IMG/VR virus record: IMGVR_UViG_3300021091_004136
Coordinates: 1 to 52,632 of that record
Source of the DNA: a virus
Taxonomy: Duplodnaviria; Caudoviricetes
Strand: one strand, 5' to 3'
Length of the DNA stretch: 52,632 nt
Both the position numbers and the translations under genes were made by a program. Below, piece after piece: positions 1 through 8,738 of this stretch (position 1 is its first letter; every line of letters starts with the position of its first letter). The notes under the pieces are model-generated. The model was not told where the DNA came from and did not search any database. It worked only from the letters and a program-made list of their open reading frames with translations.

Positions 1-1
1 A

Positions 2-3000
2 GATGCAAATCCTAGTTATTATATAAGTGGCTACTTAGCTGACTTTCAATTAATAGATGGTCAACAATTAACACCTAGCAGCTTTGGCGAAACTGATCTA
101 ACTACTGGTATATGGAAACCCAAAGCTTATACCGGCAGCTATGGCACAAATGGATTTTACCTGCCGTTTACTGATAACAGCACTACCGCTAATCTAGGCG
201 TCAATACCGCGCAAACTGTAGACGAGTTGCGCAACTATACTACACTGCACCTAAGTGGTAATCCTAGCGCCACCAGCGGCTACAATTGCTTTAGTGATCG
301 TAGTAGTAATGCACATTTACTTAGTGCTAGCGGAGAGGTAGTTACCAGCGGTCGCACACCTTTTAGCAGTGATACTACTAGTGGTAGCGCCTATTTTAAT
401 AATAGTTCATATTTAACAATACCACATAATTCTGTACTTAATTTTGATACTGGTCAATTTACTATAGAAACATGGGTTTATCCAACAGTAGCAAATACTT
501 ATCATACAGTTATTGGTAAATGGGCAAGTCTTAATCAAGATAATTGGCTAGTAACTATAAATAATAATGCATTATTATTTTACTATAATGGAGGTTCATT
601 AACTGGAGGCACTGTTAGCGTAAATGTTTGGACACATATAGCGGTTTCTAGAAATAGTTCAAATGTTATTACATTATACGTTAATGGAACAGCTGTAGCA
701 ACTACAACAAGTGCGTTTAATTCTGGCTATACTTATCAAACAGAAATAGGTTCATACGCTGGCGGAATAAATAAATTCACAGGGTATATAAGCAACATAC
801 GTGTAGTTAAAGGCCAAGCCCTATTTACCGGAGCCTTTACCCCAAGCACTAGTCCACTAACAACTACCACAGTAGGACATACTGGTGCCGGAGCTGCTAG
901 CAGTATAACTGGTACAGTTAGTTTGCTTACCTTAGTTGATAAGGTTGGTGCTAATAACAGTGGGTTTATTGATGACAGCGCTAATAGCGCAGTAATTACA
1001 CGCAGTGGAAATGTCACACAAGGTAGTTTTAGTCCGTTTGGTACTAGTGGTTGGGCAATGTACCAATCAGATATTAGTGGAAATTATCCAAGTTTTACAA
1101 CTTCTGCAAGTACTACATTTCAATTTACCGGTAATTTTACAGTAGAAGGCTGGGTGTATCCTATTATATATAGTGGTACCGGAGACACATCACTTTGGGT
1201 TACAGGCGGCGGTTCAACTTATCTTGCCTTAAACTATGATGGGTCAGGTAACTATAATATATATTTAAATAGTGGTGTCCCAACATCAACTTTTGCTTCT
1301 GGTATCACAGCAAATACATGGAATCATGTTGCAATGGTTAGAAGCGGCTCTACAATAACTCTATATACAAATGGTATTTCTAGAGGAACTATACAAAATA
1401 GCTCAACACTTGGCCATGCTAATCCAACTCTTGCCAGAATTGGAGGTGGTGTTGCTTCTTGTAGTAGATACGTTAGTAATTTAAGAATTGTAAAAGGAGC
1501 TGCAGTATATAGCTCTAATTTTATTCCTTCAACAGATCCATTAACCGCTATTAGTGGTACAGTACTACTAACTTGCCAAGATAATCGTTTTGTAGATAAC
1601 AGTAGCAATAATTTCACTGTTACTTTTACTGGTACACCACAAACGCAACCACTATCACCATTTTTATCGCACGCTAGCACAACAAAAACTTATAGTAACT
1701 TTTTTGATGGCAGCAATGATTCTGCTTTAATAGCTTATAATGCTGCATTTGATTTAGCAGCATCGGATTTTACTATAGAAGGATGGATATATACCGGAGA
1801 TAGTTCTTCAAATTATCCGTCTATAGTTGGAAGATGGCAAGGTTCAGGAACTGCTTGTTGGGATTTAAGACCTCGTAGTACTGATAGAGGCAATTTTTTA
1901 ATTTTTGTTTATACTACTAATGGTTCAACCGCACTATTTGTTGATAGTAATGGTCCTGCTTTGAGCGATAACGCATGGCATCACGTAGTTGCTGTTAGAA
2001 GTAGTTCAAATTTTGCCCTATTTGTAGACGGCACAAGACGTAATACTGCCAATTTTAGCGGAATAACAATTTTTAATAGTGCATCGGCACCTCTTAATAT
2101 TGGATATGATCCTTGGGGTACTACATATTTTAGCGGTTATATTAGCAATCTGCGTATTGTTAAAGGCACAGCAGTATATGATCCAACATTACCAACGCTA
2201 AGTGTTCCAACCGCACCATTAACAGCTGTAACAGGCACTTCACTTCTCACCTGTCAATCAAATACGTTTATAGATAATTCAACTAATAACTTTACTATTA
2301 CTGTTAATGACACACCACGCTGCACAGAGTTTAATCCACTAGGCCGCACGTTTACTACTGGTGTTAACTATTTGGCTAGCACACATGGCAGTAGTGCTTA
2401 TTTTGATGGTACAACAGATTATTTAGATGTTCCTAGTAATGCTTATTGGAATTTTGGCGATGGGTCAAATTTTACAATTGAGTGCTGGGCCTATACGCCT
2501 ACAGCTGCATCATCTAGCTATAACATATTTTCAAACTCAGGTACAAATAGTAGCGGATATACAACAGGCTATATATATCCAGATGGAAGAGTAGCAATTG
2601 GTAAAGCTGGTATAAATGAAATTTCATCAGCAGCAGGAAAATGGCCGGTATCTCAGTGGAATCATATTGCTTTTGTTAGATCTGGTAGTAATTTAACCAT
2701 ATATGTAAATGGTATTTCTATAGCAACTACTGCATCAGCATCTACGTATTTAAATAATGCTACAGCAGCATTAAGTATAGGTAGAAACTATCAGACATCA
2801 ATAAGTTATCTTACAGGTTATGTTTCTAGTTTTCGTATACTAAAAGGCACCGCACTATACACCAGCAACTTTGTTCCACCAATGCAACCACCCCAAGCCG
2901 TAGCAAACACACAACTCCTACTAAACTTCAACAATGCCGGCGTTGTGGACTATAGTGGTAAAAATGTGTTAGAAACAGTTGGTGATAGCCGTAGTGTAAC

Positions 3001-5275
3001 TAGCACTAAAAAATCTATTACTGATGCTACGGGTAGTATGTATTTTGATGGGACCGGGGATTATTTAACGTCTCCATTAAATCAAGCATTTTTATTTAGC
3101 ACCAATGACTTTACAGTTGAACTATGGTATTACCCATTGGCATTGACAGGAACTCCTGGAAATAATCAGTCTCTTGTAGGTATGTGGGGTCCAAGTTCTA
3201 GCAATATTAGTTGGCTTTTTTATCTTACTTCTGGAAATTTATACTGGTACACGTCTACAAATGGGTCAACCCAAACTGCAACAATGAGTGCTGCTTCTGG
3301 AATGTCTGTAAATACTTGGTATCATCTTGCTCTTTGCCGCAGTAATGGTACAACAAGAATATTTGTTAATGGCACGTCAATAGTAAGTACGACTACTTCA
3401 GTAAATTTGTTTAATGCAACGTGCCCGCTAACAATTGGCTACAACCCTGCTGGTGGTACACCAGATTATGCTTATGGACATATGCAAGACCTACGCATTA
3501 CTAAGTTCGCCCGCTACACAGGTACTTTTACTCCACCAACTCGCACATTTAGTGCAACTGTACGAGACATTGGCCACAAGCAGTGGGTGGCAAATAACTT
3601 TAGTGTAGCTAGTGGTGTTGGCAATGATAGCCTTGTAGATACGCCAACCAGTTATGGTACTGATACTGGTTTAGGTGGTGAGGTGCGGGGGAATTATTGT
3701 ACACTAAATCCACTTTGGTTAAGCAGTTCGGCTCCTACGCTCACAAACGGCAATCTCGATACGACTGCTACTAATTCAACGTGGAATAACGTACAAGCAA
3801 CATTTGGTATCTCTTCAGGCAAGTGGTACTGGGAGTCTACAATGTCGGGAGATATGTTCTTCCAACTCGGGGTCGGACTTCGAGACGCAATTAACAATGC
3901 GTATGGTGGGAGTGACACAAATTCCTGGACCTACGACGGCCGTGCGTTCAAGGTTGGCAACGGATCCCAGCCAGCATACGGGGCTACGTTTGCAGGCGGG
4001 GACGTAATGGGCGTTGCTCTTGATATGGATGCCGGAACGCTCACGTTCTACAAGAACGGTGCCTCTCAAGGAGTGGCATTCTCGTCGGGGTTGGCTGGCA
4101 AGACTGTCTTTCCGCAGTTTGGCTGCTATCAAGCCGGAAGATCGCAGTCGGTCAATTTCGGCCAACGCCCATTTGCCTATAGTGCACCTACTGGCTATAA
4201 GGCACTGTGCACACAAAACTTGCCTACACCTAGCATAGTTAAATCTAATACAGCTTTTGATGCCGTAACCTATATAGGTAATGGCAGTACGCAAACAATT
4301 AGTACCTTAAATTTCAATCCAGATTTAGTATGGATTAAGCGTCGAGATGCTTCTGGTCAAGACCATGTTTTACAAGATGTTGTTCGCGGATTTACATCCG
4401 ACACTAAATTATCGTCTAGTAGTACTGCTGCTGAAAATAATACTGGAGGTGGCGTAACTGATCCACAATGGGGGTATGTATCCGCAGCTACTAATACAGG
4501 TTTCACAACTACTGTAGGATCAGGAACAGGAGATCAAACTAATCGTAGTACTTGGTCTTATGTTGCCTGGAACTGGGATGCTGGAACTAGTACAGTAACT
4601 AATACTGCCGGATCTATTCAAAGTAATGTTAGAGCCAATACCACAGCTGGATTTAGTATTGTAACATGGACATATAATGGTGCAGCTACAATTGGTCATG
4701 GATTAAATGCAGTTCCAAAATTTATGATTATACGTGGTAGAAATGCTGTATATAATTGGGACGTATATCACGCATCAATTGGAGCCACTGTTAGGCTAAT
4801 GTTAAATAGTACAGCTGCCACACAGACTCAAACTGGACCATTTAACAACACAACACCTACATCTACTGTATTCTCTCAAGGTCCCTCCTGGTATAATAAC
4901 GGTGAACTTTTGGTAGGTTATATTTTTGCAGAAGTTGCCGGATACAGTTCTATTGGTAGTTATACTGGTAATGGTAGTGCAGATGGTCCATTTGTTTATT
5001 GCGGATTCAAACCCAAATTTATAATATTAAAAGCATCTAGTGTAGCTGCTACTAATTGGCAAATCAATGATACTGCAAGAGATACTTTTAACGTAGCAAA
5101 TAAGCGGTTATCCCCTAGTGCCGTTGATGCTGAAGCTACAAACTATAATTTTGGTGATATTCTTAGCAATGGTTTTAAAATACGACAAACCGATCAAACT
5201 TGGAACAGCAGTGGTCAAACTTATGTTTACGCAGCTTTTGCCGAAAACCCATTTAAATATAGCCTAGCGAGGTAA
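2..5275 (+). CDS. Giant tail fibre/receptor-binding protein, 5'-truncated: tandem LamG/ConA-like domains, a SPRY domain and a C-terminal domain
   Basis: The frame is open from base 2 (DANPSYYISGYLADFQLIDG...), so the gene starts before the window. Five LamG-type units (FT[IV]ExWxY...W[TNHY]HxAxxR...[LI][YF][VT][ND]G...[NSD][ILF]R[IV]xK) are followed by a SPRY-like segment (SSGKWYWE...GVALDMDAGTLTFYKNG). Confidence 0.85.
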   Translation, partial: DANPSYYISGYLADFQLIDGQQLTPSSFGETDLTTGIWKPKAYTGSYGTNGFYLPFTDNSTTANLGVNTAQTVDELRNYTTLHLSGNPSATSGYNCFSDRSSNAHLLSASGEVVTSGRTPFSSDTTSGSAYFNNSSYLTIPHNSVLNFDTGQFTIETWVYPTVANTYHTVIGKWASLNQDNWLVTINNNALLFYYNGGSLTGGTVSVNVWTHIAVSRNSSNVITLYVNGTAVATTTSAFNSGYTYQTEIGSYAGGINKFTGYISNIRVVKGQALFTGAFTPSTSPLTTTTVGHTGAGAASSITGTVSLLTLVDKVGANNSGFIDDSANSAVITRSGNVTQGSFSPFGTSGWAMYQSDISGNYPSFTTSASTTFQFTGNFTVEGWVYPIIYSGTGDTSLWVTGGGSTYLALNYDGSGNYNIYLNSGVPTSTFASGITANTWNHVAMVRSGSTITLYTNGISRGTIQNSSTLGHANPTLARIGGGVASCSRYVSNLRIVKGAAVYSSNFIPSTDPLTAISGTVLLTCQDNRFVDNSSNNFTVTFTGTPQTQPLSPFLSHASTTKTYSNFFDGSNDSALIAYNAAFDLAASDFTIEGWIYTGDSSSNYPSIVGRWQGSGTACWDLRPRSTDRGNFLIFVYTTNGSTALFVDSNGPALSDNAWHHVVAVRSSSNFALFVDGTRRNTANFSGITIFNSASAPLNIGYDPWGTTYFSGYISNLRIVKGTAVYDPTLPTLSVPTAPLTAVTGTSLLTCQSNTFIDNSTNNFTITVNDTPRCTEFNPLGRTFTTGVNYLASTHGSSAYFDGTTDYLDVPSNAYWNFGDGSNFTIECWAYTPTAASSSYNIFSNSGTNSSGYTTGYIYPDGRVAIGKAGINEISSAAGKWPVSQWNHIAFVRSGSNLTIYVNGISIATTASASTYLNNATAALSIGRNYQTSISYLTGYVSSFRILKGTALYTSNFVPPMQPPQAVANTQLLLNFNNAGVVDYSGKNVLETVGDSRSVTSTKKSITDATGSMYFDGTGDYLTSPLNQAFLFSTNDFTVELWYYPLALTGTPGNNQSLVGMWGPSSSNISWLFYLTSGNLYWYTSTNGSTQTATMSAASGMSVNTWYHLALCRSNGTTRIFVNGTSIVSTTTSVNLFNATCPLTIGYNPAGGTPDYAYGHMQDLRITKFARYTGTFTPPTRTFSATVRDIGHKQWVANNFSVASGVGNDSLVDTPTSYGTDTGLGGEVRGNYCTLNPLWLSSSAPTLTNGNLDTTATNSTWNNVQATFGISSGKWYWESTMSGDMFFQLGVGLRDAINNAYGGSDTNSWTYDGRAFKVGNGSQPAYGATFAGGDVMGVALDMDAGTLTFYKNGASQGVAFSSGLAGKTVFPQFGCYQAGRSQSVNFGQRPFAYSAPTGYKALCTQNLPTPSIVKSNTAFDAVTYIGNGSTQTISTLNFNPDLVWIKRRDASGQDHVLQDVVRGFTSDTKLSSSSTAAENNTGGGVTDPQWGYVSAATNTGFTTTVGSGTGDQTNRSTWSYVAWNWDAGTSTVTNTAGSIQSNVRANTTAGFSIVTWTYNGAATIGHGLNAVPKFMIIRGRNAVYNWDVYHASIGATVRLMLNSTAATQTQTGPFNNTTPTSTVFSQGPSWYNNGELLVGYIFAEVAGYSSIGSYTGNGSADGPFVYCGFKPKFIILKASSVAATNWQINDTARDTFNVANKRLSPSAVDAEATNYNFGDILSNGFKIRQTDQTWNSSGQTYVYAAFAENPFKYSLAR

Positions 5276-5278
5276 AAA

Positions 5279-5746
5279 ATGTTTGCAGTTGTAAAAAATA
5301 ATCAAGTAGTTTATACACTACAACCTGGCCAGCAATTATTTGTTGATGGCGTAGACTATGGGTTTAATTGGTTAATAGCACTTGACAGCACACGTCTAGC
5401 ACAGCTAGGCGTGCAAGAAGTTGTTAATACGCCCATGCCAGATCAGCGTTATTACTGGGTTAGCAGCACTGTTGAAGTTGTAGACGATGTGGCAACCTGG
5501 GTGCACGCTACAACACCTAAAGATCTGGCCGAATTAAAACAACAAGCTATAACTAGTGTTAAGGCTAGTGCAAATCAGCAATTACAGCAAACTGACTGGA
5601 CTGTTATTAGAAAAGCTGAACGTAATGTAGATATACCCAGTGATATAGCTAGCAATCGTCAAGCAATAGTTGCTAGCTGTAATGCTAAAGAACTGGCAAT
5701 TACAGCTAGCACAACTGTAGAGGAATTAATTCAGGCCGTACAATAA
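5279..5746 (+). CDS. Putative tail fibre assembly/chaperone protein
   Basis: Directly follows the fibre gene. C-terminus LQQTDWTVIRKAE...R resembles phage tail-fibre chaperones. Confidence 0.6.
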   Translation: MFAVVKNNQVVYTLQPGQQLFVDGVDYGFNWLIALDSTRLAQLGVQEVVNTPMPDQRYYWVSSTVEVVDDVATWVHATTPKDLAELKQQAITSVKASANQQLQQTDWTVIRKAERNVDIPSDIASNRQAIVASCNAKELAITASTTVEELIQAVQ

Positions 5747-6300
5747 TGTTTTTATTAAACTTTATACCAAACTGGTTTTTTCCACTGTTAGCCGTAGCTT
5801 GTATAATCCTATTCTTTGTGACAAGATTCTTTGCACAACTAATACCACAGGCTAAGATTGTACACTACAGCACAATTCCAGTATTTGCACTCACAGTATT
5901 TTTTATGGGTGCAAACTGGAATAACAACTACTGGCAACAGAAGCTGGCTGAGGAGACTGCTAGGGCAGAAGCCGCAGCCAAGCAGCAAGAATTGGCTAAC
6001 GAACAACTTAAACAAGAACGTGATTCTAAACTGCAACAACTTAAAGATTCCGCAGAGCGCGAACGCCAACAAAATAAACGGTTTATTGAGGTGTTAAAAT
6101 CCAAGGACGCCACAGTGCAAAATGTGTTAGCTACACTCACCAAGGCTGAACAGGATAAATATGCTGCATTAGGTGAAAAGGATAAACAACTGGCTAATAA
6201 AAAGCTGGAGGATGTGTTGGCCAATGCTAAAAATTGTCCAACTGTGCCTGAATTATACATAGAAAAACTCAATAATACTGCTAGGGGTGCAAAACAATGA
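5746..6300 (+). CDS. Putative i-spanin (Rz-like)
   Basis: N-terminal hydrophobic helices, long coiled coil and C-terminal Cys; adjacent to a lipoprotein and the endolysin. Confidence 0.6.
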   Translation: MFLLNFIPNWFFPLLAVACIILFFVTRFFAQLIPQAKIVHYSTIPVFALTVFFMGANWNNNYWQQKLAEETARAEAAAKQQELANEQLKQERDSKLQQLKDSAERERQQNKRFIEVLKSKDATVQNVLATLTKAEQDKYAALGEKDKQLANKKLEDVLANAKNCPTVPELYIEKLNNTARGAKQ

Positions 6301-6560
6301 GATTATTACTATTAGCACTAGCTAGCACACTATTATCTGGTTGTCTTCAAAGTTTTAAGATTAACCCACCTTGGCCACAAGTAGCTGATCCAGCAATGCT
6401 TAAGCCTTGTGATCAACTAAAGCTGGCTAATACGCAGGATGTTAGCATGGCAGAGCTTGTAGACCTAATACAACAAAACTACAACTTATATCATTTATGC
6501 AAGTTAAATAATGATAGTTGGATAAGGTGGTATAACACCCACTGGAAAAAGGAGAAGTAG
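6297..6560 (+). CDS. Putative o-spanin (Rz1-like lipoprotein)
   Basis: Lipobox LLSG-C, Pro-rich segment (PPWP...MLKPC) and a second Cys, as in Rz1 proteins. Confidence 0.7.
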   Translation: MRLLLLALASTLLSGCLQSFKINPPWPQVADPAMLKPCDQLKLANTQDVSMAELVDLIQQNYNLYHLCKLNNDSWIRWYNTHWKKEK

Positions 6561-7174
6561 TGGAACTTACACAAGATCAACTAAAAAAGATAATTCCAAA
6601 AAACCAGTATGTTAGTTACTGGTATACTGCCCTACAACAATTATTACCACAATATGAAATAAATACAGCAGATCGTATAGCTGCCTTTTTAGCACAGTGT
6701 GCACATGAATCGGGTAATTTTGTTTTTATAAAAGAAAACTTAAACTACAAGTGGGCAAGTTTGCGTAAAGTTTTTCCCAAGTATTTTCCTACAGATGCAT
6801 TGGCGCAGCAATATGAAAAACAACCAGAAAAAATTGCTAATCGTGTATATGCCAATCGCATGGGTAATGGACCGGAAGAAAGTGGAGATGGCTGGCGTTT
6901 TTGTGGTCGTGGATTGATACAAGTAACTGGCCGTGAAAACTACAGCTGGTTTGCTGCTAGCCTACAGATTAGTCCTGAAGAAGCGTCGGAGTACATGGAA
7001 ACTTTTGAAGGTGCTGCACAAAGTGCCTGCTGGTTTTGGGAGTCAAACAATCTCAATCAGTGGGCTGATAAACAGGATATACTTACCCTTACAAAACGCA
7101 TAAACGGCGGAACAATTGGCTTAGAGGATCGCAAAAAACACTATGAACATTGTTTACATGTGCTAGCACATTAA
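6560..7174 (+). CDS. Endolysin, glycoside hydrolase family 19
   Basis: AAFLAQCAHES, ENLNY, IANRVYANRMGNG, GRGLIQVTGRENY and TKRINGG motifs. Confidence 0.93.
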   Translation: MELTQDQLKKIIPKNQYVSYWYTALQQLLPQYEINTADRIAAFLAQCAHESGNFVFIKENLNYKWASLRKVFPKYFPTDALAQQYEKQPEKIANRVYANRMGNGPEESGDGWRFCGRGLIQVTGRENYSWFAASLQISPEEASEYMETFEGAAQSACWFWESNNLNQWADKQDILTLTKRINGGTIGLEDRKKHYEHCLHVLAH

Positions 7175-7199
7175 TACGCTTTTTGTCAAGGAGACTAAT

Positions 7200-8738
7200 A
7201 TGCGTAGAATATTAGCCTTTTTAGTGGTACTCACAACCTCAAGTGTGTGGGCACAAAATACTAGTACACAGTCTACTACTGGTGGTACAACTACAAGTGT
7301 AACTAATCCAATAAACCAGGGTGGCTATGATTCTAAAAGTTTAGTAGACACTAATTCTACATCTAACAGTACTAGTTCAGTACAAACTAATAATACTAGT
7401 ATAAGTACTAGCAATAATATTAATAATAGTACAGTAAATAGTACAAGTACTAATACTAATAACAATGTAAATACTAGCACAAGCACAAGCACTAATATCA
7501 ATACAAATAATAATGTTCAAAGTGGTACAGTAACTAACAACAATAATACAAACATGAGTGGGTCAGTTACATATAATAATAACAATGTAAATACTGGTAC
7601 AATGACTTATAATAATAATAATGCATCAACTAGTATAAGTACTAGCACTAATGTTAATACTAACAATAATGTTCAAAGTGGTACATTAACTAATATAAAT
7701 CAAACTACAAACACCTCTGATAGTACTAATCGTAATATTATGTCAGGTACGGTTACTTATAACAATAACAATACTTCAACTAATGTTAATACTAACAATA
7801 ATATTCAAAGTGGTACACTAACTAATATAAATCGAACTACAAACACCTCTGATAGTATTAATCGTAATATTATGTCAGGTACTGTGAATTATAACAATAA
7901 TAATAATTCAACCAGTATTAACACAAATAATAATATTAATACTGGAGATATGACTAATCGCAATATTAATACTAGCACAAGTACTAGCACAAGTACTAGC
8001 ACAAGTACTAGCAATAATATTAATACAAATAATAATGTTAATACTGGCACTATGACTTATAATAACAACAATAATAGTACAAGTGTTAGTAATACTACTA
8101 ATAACAATATACAAACTGGCGACATGACTAATCGTAACATAAATCAATCTACTGCAACAACTACTAACACAAATAATAATATACAAACTGGCGACATGAC
8201 TAATCGTAATATTAATGTTAGTAGCAGTTCTGCTAGTAACATTAATAAAAATACTAATAATACTATAAGTGATAATCGTAATGTTAATATACAAACTGGT
8301 GATATGACTAATCGTAATATTAATGAAACTACAATTACTCAACGAGTTGTACAACCTCCACCAACTGCTATAGCACCTGCTATGATGTCAGGAGGTGGTA
8401 CTGATTTATGTACTACTGGTGTTAGTGGTGCAGCACAAACTCAATTTTTAGGATTTGCCTTGGGTGGCACTCAACGAGATTTAAATTGTGAAAGATTAAA
8501 ACTTAGTAAAACACTATACGACATGGGTATGAAGGTTGCAGCAGTTGCTACTATGTGCCAAGACCGTCGTGTATGGGAAGCCATGATGGCAGCAGGTACT
8601 CCTTGCCCATATGAAGGACAAATTGGTGACAAGGCTCGTGATTTGTGGGATAAAAACCCAGAAAAGGTTCCAGCCTATGACTATAAAACCGAACCTGAGA
8701 CAGTAAAAGAGCGCAAACATGTAGGTTGGCATAGATGA
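7200..8738 (+). CDS. Exported Asn/Thr-rich repeat protein with a Cys-containing C-terminal domain
   Basis: Signal peptide (MRRILAFLVVLTTSSVWA-Q), ~11 repeats of NxN[IV]x[ST]G[TD][MVL]TxxNxN, and a C-terminal domain with 4 Cys; GGAG RBS. Confidence 0.8.
   Translation: MRRILAFLVVLTTSSVWAQNTSTQSTTGGTTTSVTNPINQGGYDSKSLVDTNSTSNSTSSVQTNNTSISTSNNINNSTVNSTSTNTNNNVNTSTSTSTNINTNNNVQSGTVTNNNNTNMSGSVTYNNNNVNTGTMTYNNNNASTSISTSTNVNTNNNVQSGTLTNINQTTNTSDSTNRNIMSGTVTYNNNNTSTNVNTNNNIQSGTLTNINRTTNTSDSINRNIMSGTVNYNNNNNSTSINTNNNINTGDMTNRNINTSTSTSTSTSTSTSNNINTNNNVNTGTMTYNNNNNSTSVSNTTNNNIQTGDMTNRNINQSTATTTNTNNNIQTGDMTNRNINVSSSSASNINKNTNNTISDNRNVNIQTGDMTNRNINETTITQRVVQPPPTAIAPAMMSGGGTDLCTTGVSGAAQTQFLGFALGGTQRDLNCERLKLSKTLYDMGMKVAAVATMCQDRRVWEAMMAAGTPCPYEGQIGDKARDLWDKNPEKVPAYDYKTEPETVKERKHVGWHR
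7647..7911 (+). repeat. Intragenic tandem duplication, 2 x 132 bp (44 aa)
   Basis: Near-identical units beginning actaatgttaatactaacaataat at 7647 and 7779. Confidence 0.85.
7971..8013 (+). repeat. 12-bp tandem repeat ACTAGCACAAGT x3.5 (poly-TS)
   Basis: Three exact copies plus a partial copy. Confidence 0.9.

Noticed and set aside
3694-4294. Several overlapping alternative ORFs within the fibre gene
   Set aside because: They are explained by the locally high GC reducing stop codons, and show no recognisable motifs.
7647-8330. Repeats as a CRISPR array or DGR template
   Set aside because: The repeats are in-frame coding units with no unique spacers, and no cas gene or reverse transcriptase is present in the window.
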